A stretch of DNA of 64,000 nt from Octopus vulgaris (lineage: Eukaryota), in the NCBI GenBank assembly GCA_951406725.2, contig OX597830.1, positions 64,914,001-64,978,000 on the forward strand, read 5' to 3'. Positions 26,050 to 44,929 of this stretch are shown here, in pieces; position 1 is the stretch's first letter, and each line of letters opens with the position of its first letter. A program made the translations under genes and the position numbers. Under the pieces are notes generated by a model, which was not told the origin of the DNA, made no database searches, and was given only the letters and a program-made list of their open reading frames with translations.

Positions 26050-26630
26050 AAAGATATTTTTTTCTTTTTAAATTAACGTTTTATGTGTTTTATTTGTGAT
26101 TAAATTATTAATTATATCTCGTAAACGCCAGATTTGAAAATAATTTTTCTCTTTTTCTTAGTTTTCTATTTCTTTCCGATTTTTGTTAGAAATCATCTTC
26201 TCTGTTATGTCTTTGGTTCTGTTGGACTTAAGCTAAAATCCCGCTAGACATCCTCTTGTTATCCTTAATACCATCATAGATATTACTGTTTTGTTGATGT
26301 TTTATCCTGTTCCCCTCTAGATACACTTTTCTTTTGAATGTGATTCAATCCAATCTTTCACAATTTTATCTTCAGTTCTATTTGCTTTCCTCTTAGAATA
26401 TTTTTAATTACGCTCTCTGTAATTTTTATATTATTTATTTGCTTCCAGTAAATTGGGCAACATTTAAAAGAAAAAAAATCGAACTGAATATTCCAACAAT
26501 TAATGATTCTACACTTGCTTTTCTCTTTAGACATTTTTCAAATCTCTTGACCTGGATAACGGGGAGTTTATCAATTCCTGTTAACCCTTCCGGGCATTAA
26601 TTCATCCCCAAGTATTCTCAAGTAAAAGAA
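26050..26630 (-). mobile_element. Possible highly decayed LINE ORF2 C-terminal fragment
   Basis: A-rich minus strand with remnant EKCLKRKASVES-LIV, resembling a C-terminal cysteine-rich region; weak. Confidence 0.25.
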
Positions 26631-26988
26631 GCACAGGTTAATGATATGGGTAAGGCAGTAATTAGCTGATTCGTGGATTGTAATTTCACATTTGCTTCAG
26701 GTGATTTATTAGTCAAATTTAGTATTCTAGATACAACATAAGGCTGTCAGTTAGAAGAATCGCTGGCGCGTCGGACAACCGTGGTTTCAGCAATTTTCAT
26801 ATCGATTATAATCTTCTTATCATCAGCCTGTTAATGTCAGTTCACATTCCGCCGAGATCAACTCTGTTTTTCATCCTATCGGGGTTGATGAAATAAGTGC
26901 CACTTGAGCACTGGGTCGATGTAATCGACTTACCCACTCCCTTGAAGTTGCTGACCTTGTGCCCAAAACATTATTATTATTATTATTA

Positions 26989-27101
<113 letters not shown>

Positions 27102-27142
27102 GTTGTTGTTGTTGTTGTTGTTACTGCTGCTGCTGCTGTTGT

Positions 27143-27692
27143 TGAGTGAGAGAGCAGTTCATGCCATCAAAGTGACACTGGCGTAAATTATACGAAGCCC
27201 AATATACTCATTATGGCTACCCGTCCGCTAAGGGTACACCAGGCACATGCATCACAACCATAAGTGCGCGACATAGTGATCTCATATCTAAATAAACAGT
27301 GCATGAGCTTGCAGATGGGGCCCAGTGAGAATTTTCTTCAGGCCGAGTAGCCCAAACCGCTCAAAAGTTTCCTGAATAAGGCTTGTTTAAGGATGATATT
27401 AAAATATATTTCCAGAGGTGAATTATTCAAACTTCAAAAATGCCTCTCAACACATGGCTACGATGCTCCCCAACTACTTCTGCTCGTGATCAGAGATGCA
27501 CATACCGTCGACCACCAAGGGCCGTGTTTAACTGGTTAAGGTCAAGCAACTGACAAGCAAATCTGTGATACTGAGCAGAATATTTGCTCTAGCCCATCTT
27601 TTATACCAAGACAAAACAATGTACATGATAACACTTCCAATCAGTTAAGATCAGAAGCCACGAGAGCCACTGCCTGGTACTGCATCAAGGCA
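27143..27692 (-). mobile_element. Family F element, near full length, in (TTA/TTG)n
   Basis: Matches 23372-23850; a 3'-end-only copy follows at 27716-27823. Confidence 0.8.
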
Positions 27693-27841
27693 TTTATCAT
27701 TATTATTATTATTATTGAGTGAGAGAGTAGTTCATGCCATCAAAGTGACACTGGGGTAAAATATACGAAGCCCGATATACCTATCATGACTACCCGTCTG
27801 ATAAGGATACACCAGGCACATGCATTATTATTATTATTATT

Positions 27842-27881
<40 letters not shown>

Positions 27882-27913
27882 TTGTTGTTATTGTTGTTGT
27901 TGTGTTGTTGTTG

Positions 27914-27985
<72 letters not shown>

Positions 27986-28446
27986 GGGCTGCGAAAGGCA
28001 CCGGAGCAAATGCTCTGAGGCATTTATCTCATCTTCACTTAGTGGGTTGGTGCAATAAGGAGTTCAGCACTGAGATCGACGTAATTCGCTAGCTTCCGAA
28101 TAAGTACCACAATCTGGCATACCTGCGCTGGGATCGAACCCTCCAGCATAATTGTAGTCCAACGACAGCAGTAGGTAAAAGGTAACATGTTGATATTTTC
28201 GGCAAGGTTTAACTAGGTCTAGCTTCCCCGATTTCAGCACGACGTGTATTTATAGTGAGTGTATAATGGTATACGGAAATTGACGATTTAAAAATCTGTT
28301 ATCAGTATATTGGCATGGAAATAATTTTTCTTTTGCTCTTGTTTATAAGTTATTTATAATTTTAACCTTTAAAAGTATTTTAATATGGTGCCACTTTTTG
28401 ATGAAATTCTTTTTCTGAAAAAAAAAAATTTCATCCTATATTAATA

Positions 28447-28518
<72 letters not shown>

Positions 28519-28812
28519 AAGAAGTTTGAAAACGCCACTATATTAGATAAATTTTAATTTTCTTATGAATTTTACATGTTTCGGTTCTTGAAAAAACGAA
28601 CCTTATCAAAAATATTATAAAATGTGCAACAGAAAAGTCCATAATTATTTCTTACTGGTCTCAATAGAATCCATGTGGTGATGTTTTGTCGGTAGTTGGT
28701 ATAATCGCTATATTACAGTTGAGTGTAGTAAAGAAGTTCGTTATTGTTTCTTGCTCGTATCAAAAGGAACGGTTTTTTTGTTTCCTTGTGTTACAATGGA
28801 ATAGTAGCAGCA

Positions 28813-28874
<62 letters not shown>

Positions 28875-29297
28875 TTTTCTCTTTGGCCAGTCTCTAGAAA
28901 ATAGAGAGAATAAGAGTCGAGAGAGAAGTATTGTTTTTTGGCCAGTTTGCTGAAAGGTGGATGAAGTGACGAGAATGCTGGGAGTGAACGGGCCTGCCCC
29001 GATCATATGCGCGTAGTTAGAAAAAAGGAAAAGAAAAAAGGGACCTGCCACAAAAGTCAGGGTACCTATGTTTATTATGGGCGTTTTCCATGAGCAGCCT
29101 TCGAGCATCTCCTCCCTATTGAGAATCACACATTGTTGATATTTTAAATTTTTGCTAGGCTTCTTTACACGCAAAACCCTCTCAACAACACACATACGCA
29201 CACACATACTTTGTTTTGTTTTGTACTGTCCATAATGTTCTTCTTAATGTAAACTGTTGTTAATAAAGAAATCATCAACATCATCATCATCATCATC

Positions 29298-29310
<13 letters not shown>
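28875..29310 (+). mobile_element. Probable LINE 3' end with UTR and (ATC)n tail
   Basis: Decayed frame ending ...VTRMLGVNGPAPIICA*, followed by a UTR ending aataaagaaatc(atc)n. Confidence 0.45.
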
Positions 29311-30001
<691 letters not shown>

Positions 30002-30036
30002 CGTTATTGCTATTATGATTGTTATTGCTATTATTA

Positions 30037-30230
30037 AGGCAGTGAGCTGGCAGAATCGTTCGCACGCCGGGAAACAGGCTTAGCAGCATTTCGTCCGTCT
30101 TTACGTCGTGAGTTCAAATTCCACCGTGGTCGACTTTACCTTTCATACTTCCGGGGTCGACAAGATAACAACTAGTTGAATACTGGGGTCTATGTAATCG
30201 ATTCATGCCCTCCTCAAAATTTGAAACCAT
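30037..30230 (+). mobile_element. SINE family A
   Basis: aaggcagtgagctggcagaatcgtt...gagttcaaattccaccgtggtcgactttacctttcat. Confidence 0.85.
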
Positions 30231-30359
30231 AATAATTATTGTTGTCTTTGTTGCTGTTGAGTTGTCGTTGTTTTGTTGTTGTTATTATTATTATTATTAA
30301 TATCATTATTATTATTATTGTTATTATTATTGTTATTTTTATTATTATTGTTGTTGTTG

Positions 30360-30448
<89 letters not shown>

Positions 30449-30449
<1 letters not shown>

Positions 30450-30753
30450 CCTCCGCCTTAGCGAAGGCGGCGGAATTGTTTTCAGTCGCATTTGTTAGTC
30501 CGTAGTGAAGATATCTCAAGAACCACTGGATGGATTCGAATGAAACTTTCAGGAATATTTGGCACGAACTAATTAGATTTTCGGATTCTGCATTATTTTT
30601 CCTTTTTTTTTTTTACTTAATTTTTGAAAACGGTCGGGTTCATCTTTAGTATGCTCGTTTGTTTTAGTTTATTTTAGATTTTCTCATTTTAAAAATCATC
30701 TCCAGCTAATCGTTATTGTTGCCTTGGAGGAGGTTCGTACACTTTGAGTGCTC
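30449..30753 (+). mobile_element. Helentron-associated non-autonomous element (HINE/DINE-1-like)
   Basis: Subterminal IR acctccgcc (30449-30457) / ggaggaggt (30726-30734), 5' hairpin ccgcctt-agcg-aaggcgg, 3' stem-loop cact-ttg-agtg (30740-30750), internal tggatggattcgaatgaaacttt. Confidence 0.7.
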
Positions 30754-30773
30754 TTATTGTTGTTGTTGTTGTC

Positions 30774-30832
<59 letters not shown>

Positions 30833-30924
30833 CATCATCATCATCATCATCATCATCGCCGTCGTCATCGACATCAACATCGTCATCATCATCATTACCA
30901 TCATCATCATCATCATCATCATCC

Positions 30925-31030
<106 letters not shown>

Positions 31031-31430
31031 CATTCTTCTCGTTGTTTTTATTCTTGATATCATACCTCCGCCGAAACTTAATCAATTATCTGTTTTGCAT
31101 TAAATTAGGGTTAAAAACAAAAGAAGCAAAAACTATAAACAATACCACAACAACAATAGCAACAACAACAACATGTATAACAATAATAAACAATAACTAT
31201 ATTAAAAAAAATATGAACAAAAATAAATCGGCAAAAACCAAAAAGAAAACGAAGAATTATTTAAGACGTAAAGTTGTAAAAGAGATAATTCACAGGAAAG
31301 AAAAAAATTGTTCAAAGTGGTTTCCTAAAGAAATTCTTAAAAGGAAAAAAAATCCATTTAAGTGTTTTCAATGACTTCTTAAACCATTATCAGCGTCTGT
31401 AATAGTAAGGGTGTGTGATTTTATGTATAT

Positions 31431-31485
<55 letters not shown>

Positions 31486-31714
31486 TGTAATGTATATATA
31501 TGTGGAGTATATATATATGTGTATGTGTGTGTGTATGGGTGTATGTGTGTATGTCTTCACACTCAGGCAAATATGCGATGCTTTGTAATATTTTATTTGA
31601 TGGGAAGAGAAGATAAAAAAAACTGGATAATACATCTTCCTTACCTCACAATTTTCCAATATAGTCTGTGTATATGTGTGTGCATATATATATACATGTA
31701 TATATATATGTATA

Positions 31715-31751
<37 letters not shown>

Positions 31752-31836
31752 GAAAATATATAGATGTACATATATATATGTATGTATATATATGCATGTA
31801 TGTATATGCATGTATGTATATATATGTAGATACATA

Positions 31837-31867
<31 letters not shown>

Positions 31868-32696
31868 GTTATATGTATGTATATATATATATAAAGAGAG
31901 AGAAACATACATATAGATACATAAATATATGTATATGTGTGTACGTGTATGACGTCATGCTGTTTATGGATAATTTAGCCTAGCACTTAGTCAAATATAA
32001 TTAGTACGATCATCATCACCATCACCACCATCATCATCATCATCATTCCCCTCCTCCTCTTCTGCGTTTTTTCTTCGGCATCCTATTGACTGAATATAGA
32101 GTCCTCTTCTCCTAAGTTCTGTACATTAAACCTACTTTTCCTTTTTCTTTTCGTTTGCACTTTATATAAAGTGTACCGGTAATTAACTAGGTCATTTACC
32201 TCTCTCTTTCCATCTCTCCTTCCCTCTCCCCCTCCATCCCTTACTGCATCCCCACATATCTTTGCTTTCTTTGTTGGGAAGTTAGAAAACATACGTGTAG
32301 CGTGTTATTTGAGCTGAGTCTTTACGTTCTGAGCTCAAATTCAAACACAGTCATCTTTGCATTTCAAACCTCCTGGGTCGATTAAATAACTTATCAGTCG
32401 AGTACGGTACTTGGCAGCGGCAATATGAGTACAAATAGGCACATGCGTGTCGCTGTGTAGTATGCAGTTTGGTTCCTATCCACAGAGATCCGGGTTCAGT
32501 CTCAGTGAGTCGTATCTAGGTCAAGTGTCTTCCGATTATAGCCTCCGGACGACCACGGCCTTATAAACAGATTTGGTAGATGGAAGTTGGAAAACGCCCG
32601 TCATATTGTGTCGATTTGTTCGACTAAAATTGCCCAAGGCGGTGCCCCAGTATGGCCGCTGTGTAATGTCTTAAACACGAAAAAGTTAAAAAGAAA

Positions 32697-33622
<926 letters not shown>

Positions 33623-33810
33623 TATATATACGTATATATATATGAATTTCTTGCGTATTGAGATGAAAAACCAAGGCTCTGTAGATATTAGAACATTTAT
33701 ATATATATATATATATGTACATATATACACACATACATATATATGTTTAATTATATAGAGAAATAAATAGATAGATATGCATGTATATACATGTATATGC
33801 ATATAGAGAC

Positions 33811-33844
<34 letters not shown>

Positions 33845-33884
33845 GTATGTATATGCATATACATGTATATACATGCATATCAAT

Positions 33885-33950
<66 letters not shown>

Positions 33951-34189
33951 TGTGTGTGTGTGTGCTTATGCTTGTATGTGTACCATCCAAAATTGTGCAC
34001 AGATGTTGTGTGTTTGTAGCGTTGTCGTGTTATACGTGATAAGAGTGAAAGCTGGAAACGCTTAGAAGAGCGTATCTAAATTCGGAATTTGATTATCATG
34101 GAGGTTAAATTTTTCAAGGTTCGTCCCTTCGTAAGGAACAAAAAAAAACAAAGCAAAATGTAGCTGACTTTCATTGTTTGTTTGCAAGC

Positions 34190-35251
34190 CATCACAGCAA
34201 CTGCAGCAACAGCAACATCTGCGACACTATCTGCTCCACCTCCCCCTTTTCCATCGCCACCACATCCAGCACTACCAACAAATCTTTTTCCACCTGCTCT
34301 ATCTCGTTCACTACAACCAAGACCAACGTCGTCACCACCACCACAACCATCACAACCATTGCTACCGTCAGCACCACACAACCACCAGAAACCTTACCAC
34401 CAACGTTTGTAACAACCCCACCACTATTACTGTCGCCATCACCAGCGTCATCACCACCAGCAGCACTAACACCACCTCCACCATCAACACCACCACCTCC
34501 ATCACCTCCACCGTCACTACCATCGTCACTACAACCATCACCTCCTCTACCACCAGCACGACCACCAATAACACAACCACTACCATTACCATCAGAAGCA
34601 CTACCAACCCTAACACCAACACGACATCGACGACCACCACCGCCACCGCCACGACTAGCCCTCCATCATCCACACAACCACATCACCATTACCGTCATCA
34701 TCATCACCACCACTACCACTACCACCGCCAGCACCGCCACCACTACCGAAACCAAGACAACGACGAACACCACCACCACCGCCTCCACCACCAACGCCAC
34801 GACCACCACCACCAAAACCAGTACGACGACGACCACCACTACCAAAACCAGTAAGACGACGACCACCACTACCAAAACGAAGACGACCACCACCACCACC
34901 ACTGCCACTACAACCGCCACCACCACCAAAACCAAGACGACATTGAACACCACCACCGCCACTATAATCGCTACCACCAACAAAACCAAGGCCACGACCA
35001 CCACCTTCACCACTACTGCCACTACCCCGGCCACCAGCACCAAAACCAAGGCCACGAACACCACCGCCACCGCTACTGCCACCACCACAACTACCACCAC
35101 CAAAATCACGACGAAGATTACAACCAACACCACCACCACCACCACTACCACTGCCACCAGCACCAAAACCAAGACGACGACGACCACCACCACCGCTACT
35201 GCTACCACTACAACTACCACCACCAAAATCACGACGAAGATTACAACCAAC

Positions 35252-35287
<36 letters not shown>

Positions 35288-35300
35288 GACAATGACAACA
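34190..35300 (+). repeat. Degenerate (ACC/ACG/ACT)n tract with ~120-bp internal duplication
   Basis: caccaccaaaatcacgacgaagattacaaccaacaccaccacc occurs at ~35095 and ~35218. Confidence 0.88.
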
Positions 35301-35599
35301 GGACAAGCCTCAAGAATGTCACCAAAAAAAATACTAGCAACAAATGTCATAAAACCATGTTTGCGTTAAGAAACGCGAATTGCAGTTGAGGGCGTTGCGT
35401 CGTCGTCATTTGAGGCAAAGACGCCGAGGAAGGAAAACTGGGAAAATAGAAAAGGGAAAGAAAGAAGGAAAAGAAGTTGGCTGATTTGAGGAAATGTTAT
35501 TCCCGCCTTTTTTATCTTTTATGTTGGAAGAACGAGAGGAAGAAAGACGGTTCTGTGAAATGTCACTGGCATTAAACTACGGGATATTTTGTGCATGGG

Positions 35600-35610
35600 T
35601 TTGTGTGTTT

Positions 35611-35664
<54 letters not shown>

Positions 35665-35679
35665 GTGTGTGTGTGTGTT

Positions 35680-35752
<73 letters not shown>

Positions 35753-35879
35753 GTGTTTGTGTGTGTGTTTGTGTGTGTGTGTGTATGTGTGTGTTTGTGT
35801 GTTTGTGTGTGTTTGTGTATGTGTGTGTGTGTGTGTTTGTGTGTGTGTTTGTGTGTGTGTTTGTGTATGTGTGTGTGTT

Positions 35880-35915
<36 letters not shown>
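35600..35915 (+). repeat. (TG)n/(GA)n microsatellite
   Basis: Direct reading. Confidence 0.97.
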
Positions 35916-35916
<1 letters not shown>

Positions 35917-35993
35917 AAGTGAGGAGAGGGAGATGTCGCTGCAATTGTCTATTTCTCTTGGTATTACTATTGTTGTTACGGATGTTGCTACAT

Positions 35994-36205
35994 ATGATGA
36001 TGATGATGATGTAGATGATGATGTAGATGGCGGTCGATCGTCATCGTGCTTGTGGTAGTGGTAGTGTTGGTGGTGATGATGATAATGATGATGGTGATGA
36101 TGGTGAAGATGATGACGATGATGATGATGAAAATGACGATGATGATGATGGCGGCGCTGATGATAACGGTGCTGGTGGTGGTAGTAATGATGATGATGAT
36201 GACGT

Positions 36206-36264
<59 letters not shown>

Positions 36265-36560
36265 ATGACGATGATGATGATGATGATGACGATGATGATG
36301 ATGATGATGATGGTGCTGCTGCTGATGATGATGATGATGTTGGTGGTGGTGGTGGTGATAGTGGTGATGGCGATGGCGTCGACGATGACGACGAACACAG
36401 CGGCGGCAACGATGTTGACACAGACGACGGTGATTACAGCCGATTGCAGCCGATAACGAGCGATTACGGCGACCGCGAAACCAAGGATCGTCACGACTCT
36501 ACATTTACTAGTCATGAAAACGACGACGACGACGACGATGACGATGATGATGATGATGAA

Positions 36561-36627
<67 letters not shown>

Positions 36628-36659
36628 GTGATGACGACGACGATGACGATGACGATGAA

Positions 36660-36706
<47 letters not shown>

Positions 36707-36741
36707 CGATGATGATAATGATGACGATGACGATGATGCTA

Positions 36742-36793
<52 letters not shown>

Positions 36794-36902
36794 CGATGAT
36801 GATGATGATGATGATGACGATGTTGATGATGATGATGATGATGACGATGTTGATGATGATGATGATGATGACGATGTTGATGATGTTGATGATGACGATG
36901 AC

Positions 36903-36946
<44 letters not shown>

Positions 36947-36958
36947 CGATGTTGATGT
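35994..36958 (+). repeat. ~960-bp (GAT/GAC)n microsatellite complex
   Basis: Direct reading; yields poly-Asp, poly-Met and poly-Ile ORFs in parallel frames. Confidence 0.95.
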
Positions 36959-37567
36959 TTGGATCTTGCAGCAGTAGCAATGATGATATACGTGGGTTTA
37001 ACAAGTGTTGTTGTCACTGTTCTACATGTACTGTGCTGTGTCTAAGTATTGTCTGGAATGAAGGTTGTTAATACCAGCCTTGCTTCTGAGATAATTAGAT
37101 CTCTGTTTAAACTAATATTTTCTTTCTTTTGCATTTTGTATATTGTCTTAACAGTATACCACTTGAAAAAAAAAATTGTTTATTTGGAACAGATGTTGTT
37201 TCCACAAAAACAGAAAGCAAGAAAAATGAAAGAAAATGTACGACATTTTTGCTTCTGAATGTAAATGCATAGTTAATCTTTTCGACATAGTGTAGATGTT
37301 TGCCCTGTGTCAATGTAAATTATATTGTTACAACACACACACACGAACACACACACAAACAGAAACACACTTACACTGACGTACACACAAAGGCGTGAGT
37401 GCACACACAGAGGTGCGCGCAGACACACAATCAAACGCAGACACAGGCACACACGTACATCCATATATGTATATGCGTATGTGCATGTACGTACAATATT
37501 AGTATGTACATCCATACGTGTATATAGATGTACGTGCATATATATATATATATATATATACATAGAC

Positions 37568-37606
<39 letters not shown>

Positions 37607-37712
37607 CAGAGACAGACAGACAGACGAACACAGAGACATACATATGTAATAACAAAATATAACTTACATCCACATGGGACCGGCGTGTGTATATACATAT
37701 ATATATAATTAT

Positions 37713-37793
<81 letters not shown>

Positions 37794-38296
37794 GTTTATA
37801 TTGTTTATATATATGGTAGACGGCAACGTTTCGATGAATGACATTGTTGATATGAAAGCGCTTTACCAAAGAGGAATTACGTTACATGAAAAGATTAGAT
37901 TTTGTTTGTACAACAAATGGTTTAATTTTATTGTATCAATACAGCTATTTACATTTCATAGTCTGCTACATTATATCATATAACTCTATTATTTCAGTTT
38001 TATATTTTAATGTAGCGAGATCAAGACGATAACCACAATACATATCTGTGTTGTCAGCAATAGTTGCTGTCATTTCGCAGCCGGCTTATAAGCACATACG
38101 GTGTTCGGTCATTCTCGATAGCCTAATGGGGCAAATTATGTACATTTAGGAAGTAGGATTTTTCATCGAAGTCACCAATTGCACCGGGATTCAAGCGTTC
38201 TGCTTCGTTGCCGGTGAGAATGGTTGAACAAATTAACGCGCGAAAGACACATATTGACGTATCCACACATGCAAGCACACGTTAGTTCGGCTATAG

Positions 38297-38327
<31 letters not shown>

Positions 38328-38405
38328 TGTATGTATGTATGTATGTATGTATGTATGTATGTATGTATGTATGTATGTATGTATGTATGTATGTATGTAT
38401 GTGTG

Positions 38406-38472
<67 letters not shown>

Positions 38473-38484
38473 ATAGATATATAA

Positions 38485-41690
<3,206 letters not shown>

Positions 41691-41694
41691 TGGG

Positions 41695-41914
41695 GCACTA
41701 CTACCAGCGCAAATGAACAGGGGTGCGTTTATCGTTATGGTGAAGTCTAGCGTGCGATCGGGTAAATTGTATTCTGGACGGGTTCGGCTGAGGAGCTACA
41801 GATAAATTTATGTAAGTAAAACCACATAATTTATTAATAGCGAAACAATTGTCTCGAACTAATCTACATTTTGTTATGTTTATTTGCCCTGTTCATTTGC
41901 GCTGGTAGTAGTGC
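41695..41914. repeat. Perfect 28-bp inverted repeat pair at the PLE 5' boundary
   Basis: gcactactaccagcgcaaatgaacaggg (41695-41722) / ccctgttcatttgcgctggtagtagtgc (41887-41914). Confidence 0.92.
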
Positions 41915-42001
41915 TAACTTTCAACGGAAACAATTTCTTTTGTGGCAGAAACCTTGCGGATCTATTTTTAGTGCTAGGGTAGACCACATGGTGGTCACTC
42001 T

Positions 42002-42064
<63 letters not shown>

Positions 42065-42065
<1 letters not shown>

Positions 42066-42230
42066 CGACGGGCTTCTTTCAGTTTCCGTCTACCAAATCC
42101 ACTCACAAGGCTTTGGTCGGCCTGAGGCTATAGTAGAAGAATCTTGCCCAAAGTGCCACGCAGTGGGACTGAATCCGGAACCATGTGGTTGTTAAGCAAG
42201 CTACATACCACACAGCCACTCCTGCGCCTA
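42065..42230 (-). mobile_element. SINE family B, 5' half
   Basis: Reverse complement of aggcgcaggagtggctgtgtgg...gaaactgaaagaagcccgtcg. Confidence 0.9.
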
Positions 42231-42238
42231 TTTCTTCA

Positions 42239-42287
42239 ACATTTTTCTTCTGATGAAAGGCTAACGTCCGAAACATCAAGAATATGT
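42239..42287 (+). ncRNA. Type I minimal hammerhead ribozyme motif (PLE type)
   Basis: Stem I TTCTT/AAGAA (extendable with ACAT/ATGT), core CTGATGA (42250-42256), stem II (A)GGC-TAAC-GTC(C), GAAA (42270-42273), minimal helix III, predicted cleavage after C42277. Confidence 0.65.
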
Positions 42288-42315
42288 AGGTATGTATGCA
42301 TGTGTGTATGTATGC

Positions 42316-42350
<35 letters not shown>

Positions 42351-42356
<6 letters not shown>

Positions 42357-42621
42357 AATTAAGGACTGAACGCGAAAAGTGGACAGTCAACATGCTAGAT
42401 ATAGACGTCAAATCGCCATTCACCACAAAAGATTATGTTCTCAGATCTGAGAACATAATCTTTTGTGGTGAATGGCGATTTGACGTCTATATCTAGCATG
42501 TTGACTGTCCACTTTTCGTGTTCAGTCCTTAATTGGTATACATAAATATTTTAATCTTCGGATTCTTTTTTAATATGCTAGACCACTGGTCTTAATTGAT
42601 AAATATCAATTTCTACCCTTA

Positions 42622-42632
<11 letters not shown>
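42351..42632 (+). mobile_element. Loop-less 190-bp palindrome plus unique tail in (TA)n
   Basis: 42351-42540 has 95-bp arms with one mismatch, centred on AGA|TCT (42445/42446); ~90-bp tail runs to the next (TA)n. Confidence 0.85.
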
Positions 42633-42677
<45 letters not shown>

Positions 42678-42874
42678 TGTGTGCGTGTGTGTATATATGT
42701 ATCAGATATATTGTTTTTATTTTATGTCCTTTGTCTGGAAATCTTTCGTCATACATCCTGTGACCTTGCTGTCTCTATATAAATATATTTATTACTTTAT
42801 ATACTTCATTATATTATGACATCGCATGTGTGTGCCTATGTGTGTGCATACATTTGCATGTGTCTGTATATCTC

Positions 42875-43254
42875 TCTATATATAAACGGCAGTTTGTCTG
42901 TGCGTGTTTCTGTGTGTCTGTTTTCTCGTACCCTCACCCTGACCACGGCTTTCAACCGATTCTGATGAAACTTGACACACGCATAGCCCAATGTCATAAT
43001 TCAAAACTAACGCAGCGAAAATTTTGAAAAGTTCCCCCAGTTCTGAAAAAAATCGATAAATTCGACATGGGGTCGAGAATAAAAAAAAACAAACCACAGA
43101 CTGTCTAGGGGACGCAACTCAACCTTTTTTACTCTCAAAAAAAATTTACCATAATTTTTTTCCATTTTTTTGCTATTTTTTGGCTATAACTCTCTAAAGA
43201 TGCTTTATAGTTATTTCCCTTACAAACCTGAGCAACGCCGGGCGATACTGCTAG
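42875..43254 (+). mobile_element. Non-autonomous Helitron
   Basis: 5' TCTATATATATAAA; internal accgattctgatgaaactt; 3' GC hairpin cctgagcaacgccggg followed by CTAG then T. Confidence 0.8.
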
Positions 43255-43589
43255 TATATATATATATACTATGCATAAATACATACATATAGAAACGTAC
43301 ATTTCACTGCATCTTTGTATACGTGAAGAAAGGTGGCAATACATACACATATGCACAGACAAATATACATATATACACAAAACACATAAAGTATACATAC
43401 ACATATAAATAGGCATCCATTATGTGACAACAGAGAAAATCAAAACAAACACTCTTAGACATGAGTGAGCGAACGCGCACAGACAGACGCTGTTAGAGAC
43501 AAACGCATTAAAATATAATTTATCCATTTTTTATTGCTTGGCGACATGGATGCTATTAGAAGGCTATTTCTTTGAGTGCCTTATTGAAT

Positions 43590-44352
<763 letters not shown>

Positions 44353-44454
44353 ATACACACATGCTCATATAAATATATAAATACACACATATACACAATA
44401 TATAATACACAATATATAAATACACATACATATATCAAAATAATATATACTCTT

Positions 44455-44865
44455 TTTACTCTTTACTCTTTTACTCACTTTTACTTGTTTCAGTCATTTG
44501 ACTGCGGCCATACAGGAGCACCGCCTTTAATCGAGCAACTCGACCCCGGAACGTATTCTTTTGTAAGCCCAGTACTTATTCTATCGGTCTCTTTTGCCGA
44601 ACCGCTAAGTAACGGGGACATAAACATACCAGCATCGGTTGTCAAGCAATGCTAGGGGGACAAACACAGACACACAAACACACACAAGCATATATATAAA
44701 TACATATATACGACGGGCTTCTTTCAGTTTCCGTCTACCAAATCCACTCACAAGGCTTTGGTCGGCCCGAGGCTATAGTAGAAGACACTTGCCCAAGGTG
44801 CCACGCAGTGGGACTGAACCCGGAACCATGTGGTTGGTAAACAAGCTAGTTACCACACAGCTACT
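44455..44865 (-). mobile_element. SINE family B, near full length
   Basis: Reverse complement including the (aagagta)n tail. Confidence 0.92.
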
Positions 44866-44929
44866 CATATATGTATGCATACATACAAACACAATTATGT
44901 TACAAAAGGAAGTGTTAGCTAAGTACAGA

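Noticed and set aside
27635-27690. Resemblance of the family F end to U2 snRNA segments
   Set aside because: Only two short imperfect matches with the wrong spacing; no branch-pairing or Sm-site context.
34178-35389. 403-aa Thr-rich ORF resembling a mucin
   Set aside because: Built from degenerate (ACC)n repeats and open in several frames on both strands; no ATG start, signal peptide or splice evidence.
36027-36977. 316-aa poly-Asp ORF resembling acidic biomineralisation proteins such as aspein
   Set aside because: It is a (GAT)n microsatellite like others in the window; no signal peptide or supporting exon structure.
38081-38213. Candidate host exon (cag acceptor, gtgag donor)
   Set aside because: Stop codons in all three plus-strand frames; no recognisable protein.
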